Under the pieces are notes generated by a model. It was given only the letters and a program-made list of their open reading frames with translations, did not search any database and had not been told where the DNA came from. From Cystobasidiomycetes sp. EMM_F5 (taxonomy: Eukaryota), in contig JBPGPT010000001.1 in the NCBI GenBank assembly GCA_051047955.1, forward strand, positions 806,001 through 870,000: a DNA stretch of 64,000 nucleotides. Direction: 5' to 3'. How positions within the stretch are numbered: the stretch's first letter is position 1; each line of letters begins with the position of its first letter. This document shows positions 11,390-23,139 of the stretch, one piece after another. The translations under genes were made by a program, and so were the position numbers.

Positions 11390-12581
11390 ATGCATACGAC
11401 TGCAGCAGCCGTCTGTACTTGCCTTCGAAATGCCATCAGCGCGTCAGTCAAGGGAAAAGGTCGGGCGGATATTCGGCTGCGAGCTCTTCATACGACATCG
11501 AGAACCACCCAGCAAGCGAGCACCACGACAATAGAAGCATCAGACAGAGACCTTCTTATATCTCAAAATGCGCATACGACAGCTGTGGGCAGCTCTGAAA
11601 CTGCAGCTGAGGACAGGACAAGCTCTTCATCCAATCAGGCAGAATTTCAAGACGATGTGACTGTCCTCGAACGTCGAAGGCGGATGCTTCTGAGTAGGTC
11701 CCTACCAGCTTCCTTCCGGCATCAGCTGACATGAACTGGCGACCATAGTGAGCGAACTCGAGTCTGTCGGATCTACCCAAACGAGATCTACAGCCTGGCA
11801 GCCGCACCATAGCATGAGCCGGCCGCCGAAACCTTCAGAGTTGACTCTGTCGCATTTACTGGCTTCTACGGCTCATCTAGGCCACTCCTCGTCACATTCG
11901 TCACCCTTTTCTTTCGCGTATACGTATGGCACGAGACACGGCATCAACATCATTGACGTGCGAGAAACTTTGACAGCACTCCGTCGAGCGGCCAACCTTG
12001 TCCGCTCCACAGTGGAAAACGATGGCATCGTCCTTTTCTTGGGTGGAGCGAGTGTCAAAGGCAGCGACAAAGTACTGCAACGGAATGCCGCCAAACTTGG
12101 CTCCAGCGGCTACTCTGCTACCAAATGGCTGCCGGGCACATTGACAAATGCCAGCCGCACCCTGAGTGGAAGCGTCAACATGATTAGGTTGTCGCAATCA
12201 GATGAAGAAGGAGCTAAACCAATGCGACCTTCTCCGACTAGCTATATGCCGTCGCTCATAATCCTCTTCGCTCCCCTTAACAGCCCCAACGCATTACGCG
12301 AGGCGAACGCGCTCAATATCCCTACCATCGCTCTGTGTGATACGAATGTGGATCCGCGTCATTTTACGTACCCCATCCCGTGCAACGACGATTCTCTGCG
12401 AGTCGTAGAGCTCATCAGCGGTGTTCTAGCAGAGGCAGGAAAAGAGGGCTTGAAGCGTAAAGAGGCGACCATTAAGCAGGCGGAAGAGTACAATCGTCGC
12501 TTTGGATTGCAGTTGGAGTACGAAGATCAACAACAGCAGGATGACCAGTCCAAGCAACCCAGATGGCGCAAAAGAGCGTGA
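11390..12581 (+). CDS. MRP4: Mitochondrial ribosomal protein uS2m (Mrp4)
   Basis: S2 motifs LLASTAHLGH, YGTRHGINIID, KWLPGTLTN, ALREA..LNIPTIALCDTN, YPIPCNDDS. The first exon is an Arg/Ala/Thr-rich presequence. One intron at about 11694-11748. Confidence 0.92.
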
Positions 12582-12899
12582 TAAGTTGCAGAGCATGGAA
12601 GTCGGGAATTGCTCACCAGCCGCATCGGTGTAGACAATCACGCTATTGTATTGGCGAGCGTTGCAATTGTCAAATGATCTATGTTGACTTCCGCTGCACC
12701 TTCTATATTTTCCGGAGTTCCCCGCGTTCATCCGCCGCGGACCTGCCTTGTGGCGGATTGTACGATCTCCAGCCAGCTATCTGCGGGCGCTTCAGCTCTT
12801 GCAACGCTTCATCGCGCTTCAACGTTACATGATCCTGTTCATATATTCATCGTTCCTGTCTGGTCCAAATTCTTGAATACCTTCTGCCGAATCTGAGAC

Positions 12900-14300
12900 A
12901 TGGCGAACGTCACTCATGACTTGCACTGTCTGGACATGGGAGACCTCGAGGAACTGGCTCGAGAACGTATGGATCTTCAAACACGAAACTACTACAACGA
13001 GGTTGGCATACAAAAGCATGCTCCGTTTGGCGAAGCTAGTGCTGATGCAACTCGCCACAGGGCGCAGACAATGGAAGTACGCTGGCGGAGAACATTACCG
13101 CATATCAAAAGTATCGGATCAGACCGAGAGTCCTGCGCGACATGTCGCAAATAGATACCTCTGCCGAATTATTCGGATACAAATGCAGCGTACCAATAGG
13201 TAAGTGACATTCCGCTAACTGGTTGGCGGACGGTATCTGATGTATCTGAACTGTGTTAGGCGTCGCTCCCACTGCCATGCAGTGTCTCGCACATGCTGAT
13301 GGAGAACTGGCGACTGCAAGAGCATGTAAAAAGGCCGGAGTGGTTATGGGGTTGTCTTCGTTCGCGACAACAAGCCTGGAAGATGTTGCGGAGCAGCTTG
13401 GTGATCATCCACACGTATTACAACTGTATCTGTTCGAGGAGCGCGCACACAGCGAGAGAATGATCAGAAAAGCCAAAGCGGCCGGCTACAAGGCTGTCTT
13501 TTTGACGGTAGATACGCCAATGCTCGGTCGACGAAACAACGAGATTCGCACGCAATTCAAGCTGCCTAGCCATTTGAAGATTGCAAACTTTACAGAAGAC
13601 CACACCAGTCAAGATTTGACAGCCGTAATGACTGGGAGCCAGGACAATGCAAAGTCCGCCCAGCCAAGTACGGCAAGCGTTGCTGGATATACTGAGGATG
13701 GCAAAAGACATCCGCCGACAGGTCGCATTACGTTTCACTCGCATGCAGCAAATCCCACGCTCAACTGGGAACGTGACATAGCTTGGCTAAAGAAAGAGTG
13801 CGGGGATATGCAGGTCTGGATAAAAGGCGTTGCAACGGGAGAAGATGCCTTGTTAGCCCTGCATTACGGCGTCGACGGCTTAGTCGTATCGAATCATGGA
13901 GGAAGGCAACTCAATGGCGCTCTGGCGACCTTAGACGCTCTCCCAGAAGTTGTTGCTGCAGTCAAGGGCAAGATTCCCATCCATGTCGACGGCGGCCTTC
14001 GTCACGGAACAGACGTGTTCAAGGCCTTAGCTCTTGGGGCCGACTTCGTCTGGATCGGTCGGCCGGTTTTATGTAGGTTGTGTTTCAGGAAAACGTCTGT
14101 ATTGTCGCTGATACAAAGGAAACGCAGGGGGTTTGGCATATAAGGGACAAGAGGGTGTTGAGCTATGTCTCCGGCTGTTAGCAGATGAATTCAAGCTATG
14201 CATGGGGCTAGCAGGGACAGTAAAAGTCTCCGATATCAACTCTGACTTTCTAGTACGAATGGGCAACGATGGTCAAGTGCATAGGATAGCCAAGCTGTAG
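12900..14300 (+). CDS. FMN-dependent alpha-hydroxyacid oxidase (glycolate oxidase/HAO family), peroxisomal
   Basis: APTAMQ, LQLY, LTVDTP.LGRR, WIKGV, VVSNHGGRQL, VDGG.RHGTDVFKALALGA. Three introns. The spliced C-terminus is ...VHRIAKL* (PTS1-type AKL). No cytochrome b2 domain. Confidence 0.93.
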
Positions 14301-14386
14301 GGCAAGGAGGCATTGACGACATGAGCATTCAAGTCTTCGCCAAAGGCTTTTGTACATAGTGCAAGCATTGCAATGGGTTTTGTAAA

Positions 14387-16408
14387 CTACATGACTACCT
14401 CTAAATTCTCCTTATCCTGATCCGATGCGGTGCTTGCATCACCAGCCACAATACGCTCTCCGCCCTGGCCAGCGCCTGTAAACTTCTTCATCCGTGCCGA
14501 CATTTTAGACTCATCCGCTGCCTCTCCGTTTGTCTCGCTGCTACTGGCAACCGCAGCGGGTGCTGCAGCGGTAGAACCATTCGTACCAAACGTTGCACTG
14601 CGGTTAGTGACTTTAGGCTGCGCGAAGCTGGAATAAGATGAAGGTTGCCGCCGTCCGGGCGGGTGTTGAAAATGGCAATCGGCTGGTGCATTAAAGTGTC
14701 GAGGAAGTCAGTCAAAAGACGCACTGTAACATCTGGGCATGACAATAAAACTCACGACGCGTACAAGCCAGACCGAAGCGGCAAGGTGTTATAGCATGAT
14801 TAGGAGGGTGAGCGAAGAAGCAGCCTGGCCTCGTACATCCAGCTCCGTACATGCACGGCTTTGCGCCAGGATTCGGCGCTGCGATTGCAGCAGCGGCTGT
14901 TGGCACTGCAGCTGGCGGTGCGTTCGCCGCTGCCGCCTTTTGCTTGTATTGGGCGACATTCAAGCCTTGCGGATCCGTCTTTTGGGCTGGCGAGACATGA
15001 CTCTTTGGACAGTCTTTATCTGTGCAATCTACGCCGCCTTGTCCTTTATCGCAAACGTCCTTTGACAGCACCAGCCCGCTTTCCTTTGTCGCCGAAGGTG
15101 AGGGATGAGAATATTTGCAGATTGCATTCTTGCAGTCGACACCGTATTTGCAAAGTTCCTCGCTAGTCGGTCTGACAGGCAACACGACTGATTTTGACGG
15201 TTTTCGTACAGACGGTTGATCCACAGCCATCTGCGAAGGATCTTGTACGCCAGCTCCAGGAAACGGCACGGCATGCGGACTCAACATTGACGGCGACATG
15301 TTGATCTGAGGACCAGCACCGGCATACATTTGCTGAGCTGCAGCTGCAGCAATGAGCTGGTGTTGGAAGATTTGCTGCTGGATAGCCTGTTGCTGAGCTG
15401 GCGGAAGAGAGTTGAAATTGTCGGGAATGTGTAATTGCGGCAATCCTGGTATCTGAGGCATACCACCAAAGGGACCGGCTTGCATGGGCGGCTGACTCTG
15501 CGGATTCATACGACCGCGATTGTTGCGCTACCATGGGTGAGCACAGAAGATTAGCGTACTGGGTAATTACATATAGCAATCTCCATTCCGACAGTACTTA
15601 CATTATCGAAACTGCCGTTTTGCGAGTTGTACGGTGCCGCTGTTCCAGGACGTACGCCTGCCCGATCAAAGATACTGCGCCCTTTGGGTCTGTCGTCCTG
15701 CGACATGTCGACGTCGCCACCGTGGTCTGACATTCTTTGCCGACGATTTGGGCGGTCGACATGATCTCCTCCTCGCTTGATCCCTGCCATTGCATTGCCA
15801 AAGACAGCCGCACCACCTTGACCTCTGGGAGGACCACCACTACCACCACCTCCGTGTGGCCGATTTGGAAGACCCGACACTCCTCGCTGCCCGTTGCGCC
15901 CTCCATGGGATCTCTCTCTCGAGTCTTGCACTGTCTGAATGGAAGATGTCGAGGCAGGGCCAGTAGCAGTCGGAGCCGGCCTAGCTCGCTCATCCGTTTG
16001 CATTGGCGACGACGGGCTTGTCGGTGTCTGGGCGTTTGTAGACGTGGACGTAGACGCCGCCGATGTCGGTGGTTCAGTGCGAGCGCTGACGGGCGGGGAT
16101 GCAGGCTTGCTGTAGTATTCAGGTATAGCCTGCGAGAATATCCATTCCGTAAAGGCCGAGTCGTAATCTGACCCAATGAGTTCCGACAACTCGCCGGTGA
16201 TCTGGTCTGCAGTCTTCTTGTTTGCGAGCATAACTGTCACATATTCAGCCATTACGGGGTCGTCTCCCTCGCTGTAGCCATAATCGGCGAGCTTCTTTTG
16301 GATTGCAGACTGTCAAATATCCCACGACTCTCAGTTCTCCAAAAGCAGCCCCAGATAGCTCGTACTTACCTGCAACGGCGCAGCCTGCGTAATGTCTATG
16401 ACTACCAT
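14387..16408 (-). CDS. NAB2: Nuclear poly(A)-binding CCCH zinc-finger protein (Nab2/ZC3H14-like)
   Basis: N-terminal PWI-like segment DDPVMAEYVTVMLANKKTADQITGELSELIG, RGG/Q-rich middle, and tandem CCCH fingers (CKYGVDCKNAICKYSH, CMYGAGCTRPGCFFAH, CRFGLACTR.DCHFQH). Confidence 0.85.
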
Positions 16409-16749
16409 GGCTTTCGGAGCAGGTTTACCTGGTTTCAGTGGTCGGTGTCCGGTAGACCTGCTGAGGATTTGAGATGCAGGTTGGCTTTTGACGTTTTCCA
16501 AGAGGATTGCTAAATGGATGAATGAGCAACCTCTAGTACTCCAGGACAGCCAATGGATGCGTATGCTGCGTCAGTTTGCTCCAGCAACGACCAGTCCTGA
16601 ATCTCCAATATTCTGCCTTGAAAAGCCAACTTCGACACGGATTCAACAACATCAATGATAAGCTTATACTGCTGCTGCTCCTGGCTGTTGACCAGCTTTA
16701 CAAATACAGTCTGCGCACTGCCGTTGCATATCCATAACACAATTGGGCT

Positions 16750-19029
16750 TCATCGCAGCTTTGAATCGCCTGCTTCCACCTGTCCTATCCGTTTCGGCCC
16801 CGTCCCAACTCGCTTACCATCGCCCTTCTTCGGTCCTTTTTCGCCCTTCTTGAGCGAATCCACTACAGCCTGTACTTGTTCATTAGCGAGATCTTCCATC
16901 GCATCCTCATTCCCATCAGCATTAGAGCCGGGGTTGGGTCGCAGTTTCTTTGCTTTGCCGCCCGCTAGATTTGCAGGAACTTTGGGTAGACGTGGTGCTT
17001 CCTGCTGACCGTTATCAATGACTCGCGCCATGGCCGCCTCCCGTGCAGCCTGGCGCGCAGCCTCAGCTTCAAGATCCTCTTCTGACGGACCATCCAAGTC
17101 GTCGTCGGAAGCATCAGACGTCAAGCCCAGCGTAGCCATTTCTCGAGCTTCAGCCTCGTCTTGCGGGACTGGCGTGTCGTCCACAGGGACGGAAGGCGAA
17201 ACGGCTTCGTTTGCCACATGCGCTTTTGCTTTCGGCTTGTTGTCCAGCGTGACTTCGGTCCACGGTCGCGCCTTAACGGCAGGATCATCTCGTGTATCAT
17301 CCCACGTGAGCTGCTTGACCGGGCGGCCTTCATCCCGTTGTATCCTGTCCCATGTAGAGTCTGCGAGCACCCCTCTCCAAGTGGACCCAATACCACTCTG
17401 GATGTCAGAAGTAAGGTCTTTGGACTGTATGATGACTGATGGCTCCATGCTGAAGGCCACTAAATGAGTTGGATTGACTGGCCGATTCTTCCGCCTCTTT
17501 GACGGGTCTGGCGCTTGACGTGTGAAATACGGGATAAGAGTGTCGACTGGTGTTTGATACGCTCGCCAGGGATCGCTTGCAAGTTCCAATAGCCGCTTGG
17601 CACCCTTGGATGAGACTGCATAGCCATGTAAGCAGCGTGGTTCGCTAGCTGAGCGTAGTGAGGGATGAACATATTGTGCTCCTGCAAATCTTACGCCGTT
17701 AGATCAGCATTTGGGGTATTGTAGTATACACTCACTCGTCAATTCTCTTCCCCAGCAGTGTCCGAGGAAAACCACATCCCAATCAATCGGTAGTGCCCTT
17801 TCGACGTTTGGCCAGGTACGCCCAATATCAAATTCGAGATCGATGTCGTCCTCGAGAATGAGTGCCGACTTGTCACCACTTTGCACAATCTTTTTCCATA
17901 TCCGGGATTGCGAATACCACGTCGCTACAACGCCTTCGTTGACCTGTCGGCCCTCGACGTCCTCCACAGGATCGAACAGTAACTCTGTGATGTTCAGTGG
18001 TTCATCGGATGAAGCAGGCTTGAGTTGATCTACAGCTGGCGTATTATCGAGATACGTCACCCAATTGACAACGGCATCCCCGTCGCGCATGAAGGCTGGC
18101 GAAGTCGTCTCTACTCCGGATTGCGGAAAGTTTTGCTGAGACAGCAACCACCGGTCGTCCAGCTTGCGCATATCTGGAAACTTGATTCCTCTAGCACGGT
18201 CGTTACCCTTGAGCCATATCGAATTGACGCTCAATCCTCCAATTTCAGATTCAGGCTTGTCGAGAGCGGTTGCTAGTATTCGGCGCTTTCTGTCGCGCAC
18301 TTCTTTTACTCGCTCAGCTATCCACCCGATCAACGGCAGGTCCTTGTCTGTGCCATCGACATAGGTAAACGATAGACCCAGTGCGCGTGCAATCTTTGAC
18401 ATTCTCGTCCTGCGGTCGGTTCGTTTGGTGAGCGAGAGGACGTAGATGTGGTCAAAAGTGAGAGTAGGCGAGTGTTTCTGGAAGGTATGCGGAGAATGAC
18501 TCTGTTCGAGGTGCCGATGGTATGCTAGAGCATCTTCGTGTGGTCCATTACCGACAGCACGGTCTTTGCCAGAGTTGCCAGTCGAGAGCTTGAGCGGGTT
18601 GGTCTCGTCGTTGTTTTCGCCTACTCCAGCCCACTCCAAGCCCTGGCGGACACGCTCAGCTGCGTTGTTCTGGAGCCAGTCCCAAGTCCACTTTCCATTG
18701 CGACTAAAGCCGCCCGTGCTTCCGTCGACGTCAAAGTCGCCCTGCCCGTTCTTGAAGGCTCCAGCACCTCCCTTTCCGCGCCCGTACGCATTGTCAAACT
18801 CTGCCTTGCGGTCTCGCCCGACGTCTGGTCGCTGGGCAGTACCACCCTGACGATTTGTCCCTACGTTTGGCTTTCTGAGCGGAGTCGCAACCGTGAAGCC
18901 CGCTGAGGAATCTTGCAGCGCAGTACTTGCTCGTCTGCGATGCTGCACCAGCAATAATACTGTCGCCAGCAGGATGAGTGCCAGAACTCCGCCCCGTTTA
19001 GGCAGCCTGGGCATCATTATCGCAGCCAT
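16750..19029 (-). CDS. Type II membrane glycosyltransferase, family GT25-like
   Basis: N-terminal signal-anchor (VLALILLATVLLLV), HIYVLSLTKRTDRR, ALILEDDID, WDVVFLGHC, CLHGYAVSSKGAKRLL. One intron at about 17683-17736. Confidence 0.85.
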
Positions 19030-19603
19030 CGTTGAGCCTAGTGTACGCAGTTAAAAGCAGGAGGAGCGTCTGCTCGTCGTCGTCGTCGTCGTATGCGCTG
19101 CACAGGCTTCATCGATGGTCAGACGGGGAAAGCAGCTGCGCAGTCGCTAAAGAAAGCCGACAGGTTCAAATTGCCGCCACTAAATGTGTTTGCGGAATCA
19201 AATGTCAACTGCTGACCGGATCAGTTATGACAGAAAAACATGCACAACATGCAAGATTGGCAGACGAGAACACGCTATCATTGACTGCGTTGTCAGCCCG
19301 GAGGATTTGGCAAGAAGGCTCGCAATCTCGTTGATACGCGTAAAGTAAAGGGATTGACTGATGTTGGTAATAGTACACTGCATGGAAAGGGTAGAAGTAG
19401 CGACTTGTTGTCATCTTACTCTATGACTAGTGTCTCGAACAACTCGGAAGACCTAGAAACTGCACCAAAGTCCATACTTTGGGTAAAAGCAGAACATGGG
19501 CAATTTAATAGCCATTCGACCCAAAAAGCAGAAGCACTGCACGGTTGCAGTCTTCTCGAGAATTATGCGCACTCAACAAGGACAATGTCAGAGTGCCGAG
19601 CGA

Positions 19604-21295
19604 TTACTGGACAAGCGCAAACCACGTCAGAAAACGCAACTAGCAGCAATTGTAACACTAGACCCACCTGGTTCTTGCACTCTTGTGGGTTCTGTTGCGA
19701 GCCGGGAGTGACACCACTCGTCGGTGGTTCAGCAGCCTTGCGGGCACCCTTGATTGCACGTCCTCCAGTGACCTCTTCGTCATCATCATCGTCATCCAGA
19801 TCATCCGCATCATCGTCGTCGTCGAATTCGTCAGAGTCGAATGCATTCTCGTCCAGTTCGCTCTGTAACGCTTTGCCGGTAAAATAGTCGATGGCATGCG
19901 GGACAATCTGAAGGCGATGCTTTCGTCAACCCAGCTGCCCCTTCAACTTGGCACCGTAACAACTCACGCGATCCTTGATGTCCTCTCCGATCTGATAGTC
20001 GAATTCGAGCTTTTCATCGAGGTCGTCTTCAACAGCAGACTCGTCTTCGTCTTCGGCAGGAGGAGTTGGCGGCTTGAAGAAGGTAAAGAATGAGTCTGTA
20101 GGGACAACCTTCTTGACGGTACGTGTTTGATTGGTATCTGCTCGAGCGTACCCGTCAGCGACTGTAAATAATGGATAACGTGAAAAAAGGCAAGCCTACT
20201 CTTGTTTCGCTGTTTCTTGGTTTCTACCCGGACAGTGAGGTCCTTTCCAGTCTTCCACTTGATCTCGGTACCCTCTGCATGATCATACACAAAGTCGCCC
20301 AGGGAGCCAACCTCTTCTTGGTAGTAGTACGTCTTTGTGAGAATCTTGTCCTCGAAGAACTCCTTTCGGCCTTCGCCAAACTCGAAAAGCAATTTGAAGC
20401 CGGGTTTACCACTCTCGAGGTACTCGACGCGGACGTCGACCAGGTGCTTTAGTGCTTCTTCGTCACGCTCGGTAATGAGCTCGGAGATGCCGGCATGATT
20501 GGAGAGAGCAGTCAGCCAGAATTGAGGAATGCCCTTCTCGCCTCCCTCGGCTTCTGCGCCAGTAAGGATCGTTGGCTCTTCCTCATCTTCGTCCTCATCA
20601 TCCTCATCCGCGTCGACCTTGTAGCCCTTTTTGATTTCGTCTTCGGTAGGCTCAGTCGCACCCTCAATGATATTACGACGACGCTCGTATATCGGGCGGT
20701 ACTTTTCTGCAAAACGCTTCTCGAGTTCGAGAATCTCCTTTTGAAACTCTGCCTCAATCTTTGTATGCTCGAGCTGCAAACCCTTCAAACCTTCCACCCG
20801 CTGACGGACGATGGGGGAAAGAGATTCAATGTAGCCAGACGACTTTCCAATGAGCTTTGTCAGCTGTCCTTGGACCATTTGAGCGAGGAGCGGGTTCTGT
20901 AGGTCGAGCACATATCAGGTCTCGATCGCAATGGACATGTACATCCACCCGCTCACGTTAGCCAGAGCTCCACGAATATCATCACGAGCTTGATTGGACG
21001 AGATGGTGTCCTCTACTTCATCGTCGTCTTCGCCGATTGTAGTTGGGATATGCGGTCGACTGCGATACCGGCAGGATTCGTACAGGTCGCAGCGCAAACG
21101 AGGGAGCGAGAACACCGGTGACAGACGTAGAGTTCCGACAAGTCACCATGCGTATGTGCGATACTTTGCGCAGCATCAATGGGAAAAAACGTACCTGAGG
21201 CCGCCTGGGGTCGCCTGCAGTGGGGTGTTTTGCGGTGTAGGTGCAACGCCGTCGCCAAGCGCGTTTGCGATAGCCTGAGCTGTTGCTTTGCTCAT
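19604..21295 (-). CDS. NAP1: Nucleosome assembly protein Nap1
   Basis: LIGKSSGYIESL, KGIPQFWLTAL, ITERDEEALKHLVDV, LTKTYYY, KKQRNK, SFFTFF, VPHAIDYFTG, an acidic tail and C-terminal CKNQ. The stop TAA (19606-19604) lies alone in the last exon. Confidence 0.95.
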
Positions 21296-21665
21296 TGTTG
21301 GTGCTGCAGACTGTGCGTGAGATGGATCCGCAGAAATTGGTCGGACGCGAGTTTGGTGTCGACACGGAGGAGTGCGAGAAACCCTGCTGTCAGAAACCAG
21401 ATACCGTAATGCTGCCAACAGGCCCGTCATCTGACTCACCAAGCAGAAATATTCTCGCGTATAGTTCAAAGACCGGCTGGCTGGCTGGCTTACGGCTGTC
21501 CGCTGGTCAGACCAAAGCTGAAGGCGCAAAAACCTGCATGCTCCAGGTTGAATTTGGTGGCAAACACGACGAGCAAAGGGATGCGCGTCTCGAAGCGAAA
21601 AAGCTACATTGGCATGCTATGCTGCAGGGTAACGTTACACTGAGGGGCTAACAATGAGAAGTCGA

Positions 21666-22877
21666 CTACCGCATCGGCGGAGGCGGGGTTCCATCGGGCG
21701 GGCGGCCAGACCCGTCTCTTCCGTCAGCATTGACGCTGCTAGCTCGAGGCACGATGCTCCTAATGAGCCGCCCGCCCTGTTCGAGCAGCTTTTGCCCGAG
21801 AACCAAGCCCTCGCCGTTCACTGCCCGAGTATACAGCTCTTGCGCAATCCACTGCGGCTTGCCGTCTTCCAATATTTGTGGTGCCTTCATCAATGTATTC
21901 CATGTGGGGCTGTATATTCTGTAAAGGTGGTTCTCAAACCTCTGCAGAGTGTTTGCCAATGTCGCCTCGAATGGATACAGAGTCTCGATGCTAAAAATAC
22001 GAAGGCCATCGGTATCAGCAGGCTATACTTCGCGCAACCGTGTTAGATTCACCTTGTTGCGGTAGCTGCTGGAACAGTATTCCCTATAGCCCCTCTTGTA
22101 CCGAAAGATGTCCCATTCTCAACCGCTGTAGCGGCAGCCTTCGCAGCCTTGTCCTGTTGGAACAGGTCTAGCTTGTGTACGCTCTCAGGCGTCCAGGGTT
22201 CCATATGTCTCTTGACGCAGACTTGTCCCGAACCTTTATAGCTGAACAAGCTATGTTAATGTGTGTCTGACAGCACAAATGAGCGGTACCGACTAGTAGT
22301 GATTTTGTAATATAGGAAGACGGTATTTTGTTTCGGCAGCTGTGGATGTCGATGCTTCCGGGTGCACGGTACGCGGATCGCTCGTCTCGGTCGTTATAGG
22401 TTTCTTGACGCGAATGTAGCACTTGACACTGCATGCTGGAGCCTTCTGAACATCCTGATTTCTCCGAAATCTGCATACCCGGTTTAGCCAATAAACTGTT
22501 AGATGGAATAGGGTGTCCGCGAGCTTACGCTACAATGGAAGCGAGAGTGTCATCAGCATACGAATAGCTGATCCGGTCATTCCCATTGGCCGACACTCAC
22601 AATCCGACAGCATATAGCAATTGAACCAGCAGGTCTGATTAATCTTATCATTCTCCAAATGCCGAAACTGTCTCGCACTCCCGTTCTTGCGAGCAGCTGC
22701 GATGAATTCTGTCACACTCGCTTCCGCTTGCTGCCGTTCAGTCTTTGGCGCATTTTGCGTCGTCATCGCTTCCGAATTCGAAGCTGCCGTTTCAAAGCTG
22801 TTGCCCGATGTCGTTGGTGCACTGCTGCCAGGCGATGGCGGCGCACCCGGTCTCCCGAGTCCATCTTTGTGCAGCAT
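21666..22877 (-). CDS. Hypothetical protein with twin CX3C motif; model includes a 1-nt exon
   Basis: Exons 22877-22601, 22529, 22470-~22297, ~22250-22033 and ~21990-21666 join via canonical introns into one open frame containing CWFNC-x18-CSVKC. Confidence 0.7.
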
Positions 22878-23139
22878 ACTTGGGGAATATGTTGGCAGGT
22901 CTGTGCTGTCAAAAGACTAAGCCTTGTGCGCTGAAAAGGACGTGCGTTCAAGTGGTGTGGCAAACAGCAATGGAATCGCATACAGCTTGATGTGTTTATT
23001 TCGATAGGCGATACATGTTTGCAGCACTAGCTTAAAAGACAATACAGCAGTGACCGAGAGAATATAGACGATTTGATGACGATCTTAGCAGCTTGAAGAA
23101 GCGGTCTTGAAAAAGAGATTACGTTCGAAGCTTGGCCAT

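Noticed and set aside
19074..19092. Short TCG trinucleotide microsatellite upstream of the GT25 gene
   Set aside because: Only about six units; an ordinary simple repeat.
21062..21194. Longer (about 130 nt) first intron of NAP1, considered as snoRNA host or nested intron
   Set aside because: No clear C/D or H/ACA boxes and no internal donor/branch/acceptor set.
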